Shown here: piece after piece, positions 16,769 through 25,406 of the stretch | Position numbering within the stretch: the first letter of the stretch is position 1 | Layout: every line of letters begins with the position of its first letter | IMG/VR virus record: IMGVR_UViG_3300030372_001990 | Coordinates: 1 to 25,904 of that record | Reading direction: 5' to 3' (one strand) | Source: a virus | Lineage: Duplodnaviria > Caudoviricetes | DNA length: 25,904 bases | Notes under the pieces: model-generated | The model's database searches: none | Told to the model about the DNA's origin: nothing | What the model saw: only the letters and a program-made list of their open reading frames with translations | Program-made: the position numbers and the translations under genes

Positions 16769-19096
16769 TTAATCCTTTAACGATTCAAAATATTCATCTA
16801 TGTAATCATCTATGTTAGTCTCATCATCTATGATCGTTCCATAATTACTTTCATTTCTTCCTAGAGCTCCAGTTTGTAAACCTTGAGTAAAGATGTCTCT
16901 AATATCTTGTGTATTATATACACCGCCCCCTGGTTTAGGAGCACCAGGATAAATAAGCCCTGGTAATTTAATCCATGTTTCTGTTGCAGGTAGTACAACA
17001 CTTCCAGGATTTTGTGCTTCTTTAATTTGACCCCACATGTTGTAAGACATGATGGCATTATTAATTTTAGCTAAACCACCTCCAGATCCATCGGCTGCAC
17101 CAAATCTTTTATCAATAAGCTCTGCTGTAACATCTTCGTTAGCAGCTTCTAAACTTCTATTCCAATCTGTTAAGAAATTTTTAAAATATCTAAATTGTTT
17201 GTTAACAAGATCATTAGGATTTTTCCATTGAGTTAAATCAATATCATTTTTTGAATCTCTAATAGTATCAGCAAGTAAACGACCAGTAGGCTGTTTGTAA
17301 CGTGCAACTACCATACCAATTTGGTTTTTGTATTGTTCCATTAAACCAATGTTACTGTTGTCCCAAGGGTTAGCTTGTGCACCAATTTTTAATTTAAGAG
17401 ATAATGGTGTTTCATATACATCGCCAGCTTTTGTTTGTCCTGTTTGTAAGTTACCAGCTTGATCACGGAAAGTATAAGTTTGTCCTGCATATATACCTTG
17501 TGTATCTGTAAACGTTCCATCCCTATTAAGTTTATCTAAATTTTCAATATCAACAAGACGTCCATTTTCGGTGTCCATGTTTGCCATCCAATATTCATCA
17601 ACTAATTCAAAAGCTTGTTGATAATTTTTAGCCATGTTACCCATAACTTCGGATTCATTGTTACCCATAAAAGGTGCCATGGAAGCAATCTGTTCCCAAG
17701 GTGCTAATAAATTTCTTGTTTTTTCAAAAAGAATTCCGGCTGGACCAATATATTTATCTGAATTAAATGTTCCACCGTCACTTAAAGTGGTAATATATTG
17801 AAGCATGTCAGCAATAGCTGGAAGACCACGTTCTAATACTCTTGCATATTTTTTATCTGCATCACGACTTCCTGGTGTTTCAGAAGATACTTCATTTGCA
17901 CCAAACGCTCCAGCTGCTCCTGTTGTAGCAGCATCTAATAAAGTATACATTGGAGGTAATCCTTGTGATGTTAAAATTGAGTTAGCATTCATCATGCCTT
18001 GTGATTGATAGTCTTTACTAAAACCAAAACCAGATCCAACAGGTGTGTAACCTATAGGAATAAATTGATTATTTTCATCTAATGCATATTCCCCATCATC
18101 AGTCATTTGATATTGAATTTGATGAGGATAAACCATTGTACCTTTTCCTGGTCCAAAAGCATCATCTTTATTAGTGGCTTCTTGTACTAATTCAAAAGCA
18201 GCAAGTGCAATTTCTTGATCACGCGCTCTTTTTCTGTCTGATACAGCTAGCATTTGTGGTAAAATTTGTAATCCTGCTTGACCAGCTACATCTAAAAATC
18301 CTGCAAGACCACCTTTTAAAGTTTGTCCTGACATTAAAGCTGAACCTAATTGAAATAACATATTAATGTTATCTGAATTACTAGTATCACCTACTAACTG
18401 GTTTAATTGCTCTTTTATAGCATTAACTTTACCCATATCAATTTGAGTAATGTCTTCTTGCTCAGCGTAATTAGTAGCACCGTTAGCTAGTGGGGATATT
18501 TTTAAATTCATATCCATTTTATTTCCAGGATTAGTTTCTGCAGCCTCTACTTCTTCATTTTTATTAGCAAAAATGTCAGCAGATAATATGTTAGCTCCTT
18601 GAAATTCTTCAGTCCCGTTAATTTCTTCTTCTTCATTACCCCCTGTGATAGCAGTCACAGCGTCATTTTTAATATTATTAATTTTATCTGTTATATTGTT
18701 TGCTTTATTTTCTATAACTTTTTTATTAATAACATTATTATTTGCATCAACTACTTGATTTTCAACTATAACTTCTTCTTGCGGGTTAGTTATAGGTTCA
18801 GGAGCAATTAAATCATACATAGAAGTACCAAGAGCTCCAGCATAAACTGTCTTTAAAGATTTTCTATTTGGTATAATAAATTTTTTAAAACCAGTGTGAG
18901 GTCTGGATTTTACGTCCCAAGACCCATCTGGTCTTACTTTAACACCTTTATCCCATTGATTTAATTTTCTTGCTCTGTCTCCAATAACAGCTATTCCAGA
19001 AGAAAAAGGTTTTTTAATGTCAAATATTTTTTTAGCTCCTCCACCAGGGGCAAATCTTTGACGTTGAAACATGGGTCTATTTAATATCTTATTCAT
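16769..19096 (-). CDS. Internal virion / DNA ejection protein
   Basis: 775 aa, Cys-free; N-terminal ILNRPMF...FAPGG; amphipathic LFQLGSALMSG...GLAGFL segment; synteny. Confidence 0.7.
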   Translation of the reverse strand: MNKILNRPMFQRQRFAPGGGAKKIFDIKKPFSSGIAVIGDRARKLNQWDKGVKVRPDGSWDVKSRPHTGFKKFIIPNRKSLKTVYAGALGTSMYDLIAPEPITNPQEEVIVENQVVDANNNVINKKVIENKANNITDKINNIKNDAVTAITGGNEEEEINGTEEFQGANILSADIFANKNEEVEAAETNPGNKMDMNLKISPLANGATNYAEQEDITQIDMGKVNAIKEQLNQLVGDTSNSDNINMLFQLGSALMSGQTLKGGLAGFLDVAGQAGLQILPQMLAVSDRKRARDQEIALAAFELVQEATNKDDAFGPGKGTMVYPHQIQYQMTDDGEYALDENNQFIPIGYTPVGSGFGFSKDYQSQGMMNANSILTSQGLPPMYTLLDAATTGAAGAFGANEVSSETPGSRDADKKYARVLERGLPAIADMLQYITTLSDGGTFNSDKYIGPAGILFEKTRNLLAPWEQIASMAPFMGNNESEVMGNMAKNYQQAFELVDEYWMANMDTENGRLVDIENLDKLNRDGTFTDTQGIYAGQTYTFRDQAGNLQTGQTKAGDVYETPLSLKLKIGAQANPWDNSNIGLMEQYKNQIGMVVARYKQPTGRLLADTIRDSKNDIDLTQWKNPNDLVNKQFRYFKNFLTDWNRSLEAANEDVTAELIDKRFGAADGSGGGLAKINNAIMSYNMWGQIKEAQNPGSVVLPATETWIKLPGLIYPGAPKPGGGVYNTQDIRDIFTQGLQTGALGRNESNYGTIIDDETNIDDYIDEYFESLKD

Positions 19097-19104
19097 GCGA
19101 CCCT

Positions 19105-19965
19105 TTATTTTGGTTTTTGATTAGCAAATCCTTGATATGCTGCCAAACCTGTAATACCAGCTCCTACAGCCTGTGCCAATGGATTAGTTCCTGGTGCTGT
19201 TGACATCGTAATTGATGAAGCACTAGTTGGAGAGCCTTGGAATATGTCGGAAACAAATCCTGCTCTTTGATACGGCTCGTAAAGTTGAGACATTTGTTGT
19301 TTAAATTTAGCATCTTCTTGCATTTGTTGATTTTGTTGCTGCAATGTTCCAGTTTGTAATAATCCTGTTACATCAGCTTGTTGCTGTTGCTGTTGTTGCT
19401 GTCCTAAACCAGCTGCTAATTGAGCACCTTGTTGTAATCTTTGTTGTTGATTTTGGAAATTCTGTTGTGCTTGTTGTTGTGCTTGCCCATATCCTTGTGC
19501 TAATGATTGACCAATTGCTTGTGCTCCTTGTGCTTGAAGTTCAGCACTTTGAACACCTTGTCTTGCACCACCAAATGCTCCAGCTTTAGAAGCTTGTAGA
19601 TTAGCTTGGTTTTGTGCTTGTGCAATTTGATCTTGAATACCTTGGGTCACATAACTTTGATATGGATTTAAATAATCTTTGTAAGAGTTAGGATCATAAG
19701 CTGCTGTAGATTGACCAGCCATTCCTGCCGCTGCATCTATGTAATTTTGATACGTTCCTAAACCTTTTTGTTGCATATTAAAAGCATCTTGTTGATTACC
19801 AGTAAATCCAGCAACTTGTTGAGTAGGTATAGCTAAAGGTGTCTGCGCTAATTGACTAGCGGTATCCATAAGCCCTAGCTTACGAGCCTCTATCTCCGGC
19901 GCCTCCCTTACATATTGGGTTTGCGTCGTTGTATCAGGTACATCAGGTCCGCCACCAAAACACAT
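19105..19965 (-). CDS. Gln/Ala-rich DNA transfer (ejection) protein
   Basis: MCFGGG N-terminus, YLNPYQ..V and AGAFGGAR motifs, poly-Q coil, hydrophobic C-terminal helix. Confidence 0.75.
   Translation of the reverse strand: MCFGGGPDVPDTTTQTQYVREAPEIEARKLGLMDTASQLAQTPLAIPTQQVAGFTGNQQDAFNMQQKGLGTYQNYIDAAAGMAGQSTAAYDPNSYKDYLNPYQSYVTQGIQDQIAQAQNQANLQASKAGAFGGARQGVQSAELQAQGAQAIGQSLAQGYGQAQQQAQQNFQNQQQRLQQGAQLAAGLGQQQQQQQQADVTGLLQTGTLQQQNQQMQEDAKFKQQMSQLYEPYQRAGFVSDIFQGSPTSASSITMSTAPGTNPLAQAVGAGITGLAAYQGFANQKPK
19310..19490 (-). repeat. Low-complexity CAA/CAG (poly-Gln) tract within the ejection protein
   Basis: Runs of tgttg/tgctg on the + strand encoding QQQQQQQQ and QAQQQAQQ. Confidence 0.7.
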
Positions 19966-20394
19966 TTAATTATATCTCCAAATTGTTCCCATGTTATTAA
20001 ACTTTAATTTCTCATACAAAGCTGGTCGATCAAAACCCGTACTAATAGGAAGGAGAACTGTGCTTCCTGCACGGTATTGTTTTAATTCAGCCAATAACTT
20101 TGTAGCTATTGAGAATGATCTTTCTTCTGGCAACACGTAAAACCATGTTTCAGAAATAAACTCTTCAGGAGAAAACCACCACTCTGACGGAGCAGCACCA
20201 ATACTTCCAATTAGTTTATTATCTTTGTACACATTATGAATAAATCCTTTTTCATAATGATGTTGCACAGTTGCAGTTACTTTATCTACATCTGGTGTAG
20301 GAAAAAGTTCACTGTAGTCATCCCGAAACTTAAATAATAATTTAACTGTTTCAGGTAAATCTTTTATTCCTGGTCTTCTGTATGTAAGAGTCAT
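19966..20394 (-). CDS. GNAT-fold acyltransferase-like protein in the morphogenesis module
   Basis: Starts LTYRRPGIKDL; KLIGSIG strand; WFYVLPEERSFSIATKLL (degenerate acyl-CoA motif A); LYEKLKF (motif B). Confidence 0.75.
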   Translation of the reverse strand: MTLTYRRPGIKDLPETVKLLFKFRDDYSELFPTPDVDKVTATVQHHYEKGFIHNVYKDNKLIGSIGAAPSEWWFSPEEFISETWFYVLPEERSFSIATKLLAELKQYRAGSTVLLPISTGFDRPALYEKLKFNNMGTIWRYN

Positions 20395-20744
20395 TACTTT
20401 TTAACTCTTCTACCACTTCTTTTAGAAATCTTTCCACCTTTTTTGTAATGCGTTGTTTTTCTTGGTCCCATGTATCTTTGTCCAATAGGGTAACCCATTT
20501 TTTCCCTTTCAGTGTCAGTAATAAAAGTTCTTTTAGTTCCTTCAAATCTTTCTGGATGCCTAGCTAATAATTTAGCACGTGGTTTTAGTGCTGGTTCTTT
20601 TCTTAATTTTTTTACTTCTTTTGCTAGTCTATCTCTTCTAGATTTAATTTTAGATCCATACTTACCAAGATTTACTTTGTTTAAATCTTTTCCTTTTTCA
20701 GCTGCATCTACAATTTTTTTACCAATTTGTGCTAATGTTGTCAT
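20394..20744 (-). CDS. Small highly basic protein (about 30% Lys+Arg), possible DNA-binding core protein
   Basis: 116 aa, coupled on both sides; YKKGG motif near the C-terminus. Confidence 0.7.
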   Translation of the reverse strand: MTTLAQIGKKIVDAAEKGKDLNKVNLGKYGSKIKSRRDRLAKEVKKLRKEPALKPRAKLLARHPERFEGTKRTFITDTEREKMGYPIGQRYMGPRKTTHYKKGGKISKRSGRRVKK

Positions 20745-21928
20745 ATTGCTCCTTCCATCATTGTATTTTCTTCCATCATCATTCCTTGCGGTCCAATCAT
20801 TTCAGTCATAGTTGTTTCTTCCATTGAACCAAGTCCTTGTGATTCTTGAGAAGGTTGTCCACCTTGTTCAAAGTTCTTCATCATGTTCATCATACGTTCT
20901 GATCCTAGGTCGCGATCGCCACCACCAGCTCCTTCTACCGCCGCTGCTGTCATAACAAATTCACCATCACTTAACATCGCTGGTATGTCATCAGATGTCC
21001 CGGTTCCTGGGCCCACTGACTCTCCACCTGGTCGCATGTCTAAATCACCACTAGGTGTCATATCACCCATCAATGCCCCAAGGCCACCTTCTTGATAATA
21101 TCTACGTGGTGTGCCACCTTGATTCATACGTTGAACTGATTCTGTTTCTTGAATTACTTCTTCACCCATTGGTTGTGCGTACTGTTGTGTCATTCTTTGA
21201 AGTTGTCCGCCAAGGCCAGTCATAGGTTGATATTGTTGTTCTGCTTGTTGTGCTAAAACTTTTTCTACTACCTCTTGAACATTTTCAATAGTAGGTTCAA
21301 CACCTTGTCCTTGTAAATATTCTGCTGCATATTTAGCAATAGCATTCATATTCATACCTTCTTCTACCGGACCACCTTCCGCGTACTCTGGGTAGTAATA
21401 AGGATTTTCTGTATCTGTGTATATTTCTTTTACTTTATCTGGATCTGACCATTCACCAAACATAAATCTATCAGGGTTACGACCGTATAACATATTTAAT
21501 GGTGGACCTTTTTTCTTTGCTTTTTCTGGTGGATTAAATAAAAACTCACCCATCATTGCTGCTGAAGGTGTAGTAGCATAAGCTAGTTTTCCTATTTTAT
21601 CTTTTCCTGCTAATGCAAATGGGTCCATTGCTTGTTTTAAATTTGGATTTTTGCCTAGTGCTGCAATTCTACTTGCTTCTATAGCTCTTAACCTAGCTGC
21701 TTCCTCAGCGGCTTTTACTCCTGCTTCTGTAGCTGGGTTTAAAGCACTAGCGGCTTTTTGAGCTGCTGCTGCAGATTGACCTGCACTTAACATACTTCCT
21801 AAACCACTTGTTATGGCGCCACTTGCAGCCCCTGTTAAAATTCCTTTTCCAACATCAGTGCCTCTGGCTGCGGCTGATAGTCCTCCTGTTCCTCCACCTA
21901 TTAAGGCTGCTAATATTAATGGATGCAT
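20741..21928 (-). CDS. Internal virion protein with Gly/Ala-rich hydrophobic N-terminus and GPGTGTSDDIPAMLSDGEFV domain
   Basis: The latter motif is familiar from tape-measure/ejection proteins; several xxxGG motifs; AGGAG RBS. Confidence 0.75.
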   Translation of the reverse strand: MHPLILAALIGGGTGGLSAAARGTDVGKGILTGAASGAITSGLGSMLSAGQSAAAAQKAASALNPATEAGVKAAEEAARLRAIEASRIAALGKNPNLKQAMDPFALAGKDKIGKLAYATTPSAAMMGEFLFNPPEKAKKKGPPLNMLYGRNPDRFMFGEWSDPDKVKEIYTDTENPYYYPEYAEGGPVEEGMNMNAIAKYAAEYLQGQGVEPTIENVQEVVEKVLAQQAEQQYQPMTGLGGQLQRMTQQYAQPMGEEVIQETESVQRMNQGGTPRRYYQEGGLGALMGDMTPSGDLDMRPGGESVGPGTGTSDDIPAMLSDGEFVMTAAAVEGAGGGDRDLGSERMMNMMKNFEQGGQPSQESQGLGSMEETTMTEMIGPQGMMMEENTMMEGAI

Positions 21929-22177
21929 CTATACGTCTCCTGCTTTACCTTCTAGTATTTTATGAATTGCTGCCTGGATAACAACATCTTGCTTGATGTG
22001 TTCCGCTTTTGTAGCAGTTGCAGGATTTGCAACATCATCTTCAGCCTCTTTAGCTGAACCGTATTCTTGTCCTGTTTCCGTATTGGTTATAGTAATTTCT
22101 GCCGGAACAACAATCTTAGGTATTTGTTCCCCGTTGATCTCGACGTATTCTACTACTCCGTCATCTTTTATAGGCAT
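21929..22177 (-). CDS. Small acidic hypothetical virion-module protein
   Basis: 82 aa, AAGGAG RBS, ITNTETGQEY beta-hairpin pattern. Confidence 0.75.
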   Translation of the reverse strand: MPIKDDGVVEYVEINGEQIPKIVVPAEITITNTETGQEYGSAKEAEDDVANPATATKAEHIKQDVVIQAAIHKILEGKAGDV

Positions 22178-22185
22178 ATTCTCTC

Positions 22186-22214
22186 CTTATAGCAAGTATT
22201 TTGTGTCTTTTCAA
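22186..22214 (-). promoter_or_regulatory. Possible internal sigma70-like promoter ahead of the ejection-protein genes
   Basis: TTGAAA (22214-22209), 17 nt spacer, TGcTATAAG in the only sizeable intergenic gap of the late block; the last -10 base is non-consensus. Confidence 0.4.
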
Positions 22215-22217
22215 CCA

Positions 22218-22535
22218 TTATGATATCTCCAATAAACTTAAATACACAGTGATTGGCTGTGCGTTTGTGTTAATTTTTAATATATCCCCAGCTTCTAATA
22301 CACCTATATCACCAGAACCTAGATAAAACCATGATTTTGTGTATTTATCGGCTACAGCGCCATCATAAGCAATGGTTGTACTATTAATTTTTAACGTCAA
22401 TTGTGCTGCTCCCCCTGACCCATTATAAACCCATGCTGTTTTAATGATAGCTGTCGTAGCTGTAGGACATGTATAGATACTATGGTCACCCGTAGATGAC
22501 TTAGTTACCATTACTTTTTTATATGCGTTAGCCAT
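22218..22535 (-). CDS. Small beta-rich tail-associated structural protein
   Basis: MANAYK...IYTCP..TTAIIK...N...VLEAGDILK pattern recalled from marine podovirus tail modules. Confidence 0.75.
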   Translation of the reverse strand: MANAYKKVMVTKSSTGDHSIYTCPTATTAIIKTAWVYNGSGGAAQLTLKINSTTIAYDGAVADKYTKSWFYLGSGDIGVLEAGDILKINTNAQPITVYLSLLEIS

Positions 22536-22705
22536 TATGCAATAAACCAGTTAAAAGCTTCGTCATCATTACGAAGTGTTTCTGGTGTGTAAGAACTATT
22601 TAATAGTTGAACTAATTGATCTAGTGTTTGTATTAACTGATTAATCTGCGCTTCACTATATTCTGAAGGTGCTTGTGGTAATCGTGGTATATTTATCTGT
22701 GCCAT
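22535..22705 (-). CDS. 56-aa tail-associated protein missing from the ORF track (MAQINIPRLPQAPSEYSEAQINQLIQTLDQLVQLLNSSYTPETLRNDDEAFNWFIA)
   Basis: Exactly fills the gap with TAATG coupling at both ends. Confidence 0.85.
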   Translation of the reverse strand: MAQINIPRLPQAPSEYSEAQINQLIQTLDQLVQLLNSSYTPETLRNDDEAFNWFIA

Positions 22706-24573
22706 TATCTCATTCCATCTGGTTGTACATTTGCTCTATAAGTTCCATATCGCCATGTAGTATCAATGGCTGAACTAGATATTTTTAAAGAAGCTTGTCT
22801 TCCACGAGCACGTGTATCTACTTTAGTTGTTGATGTTGTAATATTATAGGGACCATTAGTAACACTATTGCTAGCAGGATATAATTTAAAATTAAGTTCT
22901 ACATTAACATTTCCTTTTTGATTTTTAAAATCAGGAATAAATCTTTTTATTGACATTAAATTTTCCCCTGCCTGTGGTAAAACAAAATCGCCTGAAGTAA
23001 TATGTGATGCTAAAGCTACTCCATCTGCATCATTTCCATTTTCTTGTGCATACATATAGCTTCTTCCAGCAGTAAGTCCAGTTATTGTGCTAATAGTAGA
23101 AGTTGTATCTGTAGATGAATAGTCTAAAGCATATGGAAAACCATACACTCCTTTATCAGCCCATGAAGATCTAGATAAACTTCCAACGCTCCAAACTTTT
23201 TCTTGGTAATTATATGTTACACAACGATCAATAACATTAGATCCACTAGAACAATAAAACCAAGTAACTTCATTAAACTCTGTATTTAATCCAGCAAACG
23301 TATCTTTTTGTGATGCTTGGTCTATATCTTTAAAGACGTAATCTTCCACGCTGCATGGTATTTTTTGAACCGAACCATCAAACATGAAAAAAGAATCAAT
23401 GCCCATCCAAAAAGATCTACCATTAGATTCTACAGCTGCGTGCTGTCCTACACATCCACAAGCAGAACCTAGTTGTTGAAAACCAAAAGTAAATGGAGCT
23501 CCAATTAATTGCATTTGATATAGTGCAGTATCGGACCAAATTAATACAGCACCACGTGAACGTTTAGCTGTAACAAGTTTAGATCCATCTGTTAATCTTT
23601 GTGAGCCTGCAGTGTTAGTAGCAGTTGGTGCCCATGTTGCCGGATCTTCTTGATCTGACCATCGAATAAACATATCATCTCTAGTTGATGCAGTGCCTAT
23701 TGTTGTTTCTGTTCCAAAACAAATAATATGTCTATCAGTACCAGAAACTAATACAAATCTACTAGATGTTGGTGCACCTGAAACAGCAGTTCTATTTGCA
23801 CGTTGAACTGTTGAAGTACTGGCTGATGTATCCCAGTAGTATAAACTTCCATTAAGCTGTTGTGCTAATACGTCTTCTCCCCAATTATCCAAGGACCATT
23901 TACCTGAGTCTAACTGTACTGAGTCTGGTGCTGCAAGACCAGCTCTTGTTGTACCCCATGTAGATAATCCCCATGTACCTGCACCCCATCCATAACCTTG
24001 AATAGAAAAAGCAGGATTAGTATTTAGCTGATATTCAGCTGTGCCTGTAACACCACTAGCACCAGTTCCACTAGCAGCAGCTTTTGCAATTATGACATAA
24101 TTATTTGTATCAGTGACTGATTGTATTTCAAATTCACCTTGTAGATTAGAAGCGGTAATACCATTTGCTGTTCCTGACACACTAGATATAGTAACAAAAT
24201 CTCCCTCTATAGCACCGTGCGTAGCGTCGGTAACTGTAACTTCTGTAGATCCTGATGATGTTGTAAAATTAGTTATTGATGCACCACTTTCTCTTATTGG
24301 TGTGATGTCATACCATGCTTGATTTTGATAGACGTAAAGTTTTTTATTTGTTCCAGTAATTGTATATTGATCACCATCTAAAGAGAACCACGTTATAATA
24401 CCACGTGCTGCACCTACTAAAGCACTTGTTGATACTTTAGACCAACCACCTATTTTTTCTGGAAGTCCGTAACGAAAACGAACATTATCACAATCTATCC
24501 AACGCCCTTCAGCGCCGTATTCAGTATCTTGTTTGTCTATTCCTGGTGCTACCTGAACTTTAATTAGCGTCAT
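22705..24573 (-). CDS. Tail hub / DNA-stabilization protein (P22 gp10-like, tail tubular B) with an inserted FCCH-like beta domain
   Basis: PGI.K..T......RWID.DNVRF..G.PEKIGGW, IRWSDQED...W.P..TNTAG, beta-propeller-like repeats, RARGR near the C-terminus. Confidence 0.82.
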   Translation of the reverse strand: MTLIKVQVAPGIDKQDTEYGAEGRWIDCDNVRFRYGLPEKIGGWSKVSTSALVGAARGIITWFSLDGDQYTITGTNKKLYVYQNQAWYDITPIRESGASITNFTTSSGSTEVTVTDATHGAIEGDFVTISSVSGTANGITASNLQGEFEIQSVTDTNNYVIIAKAAASGTGASGVTGTAEYQLNTNPAFSIQGYGWGAGTWGLSTWGTTRAGLAAPDSVQLDSGKWSLDNWGEDVLAQQLNGSLYYWDTSASTSTVQRANRTAVSGAPTSSRFVLVSGTDRHIICFGTETTIGTASTRDDMFIRWSDQEDPATWAPTATNTAGSQRLTDGSKLVTAKRSRGAVLIWSDTALYQMQLIGAPFTFGFQQLGSACGCVGQHAAVESNGRSFWMGIDSFFMFDGSVQKIPCSVEDYVFKDIDQASQKDTFAGLNTEFNEVTWFYCSSGSNVIDRCVTYNYQEKVWSVGSLSRSSWADKGVYGFPYALDYSSTDTTSTISTITGLTAGRSYMYAQENGNDADGVALASHITSGDFVLPQAGENLMSIKRFIPDFKNQKGNVNVELNFKLYPASNSVTNGPYNITTSTTKVDTRARGRQASLKISSSAIDTTWRYGTYRANVQPDGMR

Positions 24574-24581
24574 TTAGTCTC

Positions 24582-25397
24582 CTACACAGCGCTATCGTAA
24601 AATCTAATCCAACGCTCAGTACCGTTAATTCTTACCCTTATTGCTCCTGCTTTACTTCCAGCAGTAGCGGAAGATGAAGATAAACTTTTTGTGCCATCAG
24701 TTGCTGATGTACCTACATAGTTAATAAATGCATAGTCTTGGTCTAACTGTTCAATTTCAATAACAGGTTGTGCGCCTGTAGCTGAAGCTTGTTTAACATG
24801 TAGTTTACCATTAGGTGCTGCAACACCAACACCAACACGATCTGTGCTTGCATCAGTTTGTAAAAGAGTTGTATCTGTATCTCCTTCAAATACTGCATCT
24901 CTATCTGCACCAGCTTGGTTAAATACAAATGCGCCACCATCTAATGATACATCCCCCGCAACACTTAATGTGCCGGATAATGACATGTTAGGTAAATTTT
25001 CAGGAATATGATAAGCAACGGATCCATCAGTATAAATAAAATGTAAACAAGTATTAGTTAGTGTCACTGCTGTTCCACCAGCAGGACCAAAAGTAAGTGA
25101 ATTACCAGCTCTTGTTGTTGAATCTTTTATTACATACCAGTTAGGATTTGCTTCACAAGTTAGTGCTGTTGCACCACCAAGTGTTCCTGTCAAATTTAAA
25201 ACAGCTCTACTTTGTTGGTCACCTGTACCACCACTAGCAACAGTTAACGCCTGGGATGTACCTGTAATAGATACAGATGTATACCCCTTAATTGCATTTT
25301 CTATTTTTTCTAAATTATCGTTTGTTTTACTACCCCATGTACCAGCGTTTGCACCAGTTGTCTGGAGGTCTAAATTTAATATTGTCGAATCAGCCAT
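24582..25397 (-). CDS. Tail fiber/spike-like structural protein
   Basis: TG.N.GTWG..TN.N N-terminal motif, DRVGVG.AAP..KLHV fiber motif, short beta C-terminus; AAGGAG RBS. Confidence 0.7.
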   Translation of the reverse strand: MADSTILNLDLQTTGANAGTWGSKTNDNLEKIENAIKGYTSVSITGTSQALTVASGGTGDQQSRAVLNLTGTLGGATALTCEANPNWYVIKDSTTRAGNSLTFGPAGGTAVTLTNTCLHFIYTDGSVAYHIPENLPNMSLSGTLSVAGDVSLDGGAFVFNQAGADRDAVFEGDTDTTLLQTDASTDRVGVGVAAPNGKLHVKQASATGAQPVIEIEQLDQDYAFINYVGTSATDGTKSLSSSSATAGSKAGAIRVRINGTERWIRFYDSAV

Positions 25398-25406
25398 ATT
25401 ATCTCC

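Noticed and set aside
19310-19490. Trinucleotide repeats as a contingency locus or CRISPR-like array
   Set aside because: Mixed CAA/CAG/GCA codons of a Gln-rich coiled coil; no constant repeat-spacer structure.
19966-20394. GNAT as a Mom-like DNA modifier or toxin
   Set aside because: Its position within the virion morphogenesis genes fits a structural-module GNAT; no antitoxin or DNA-modification context.
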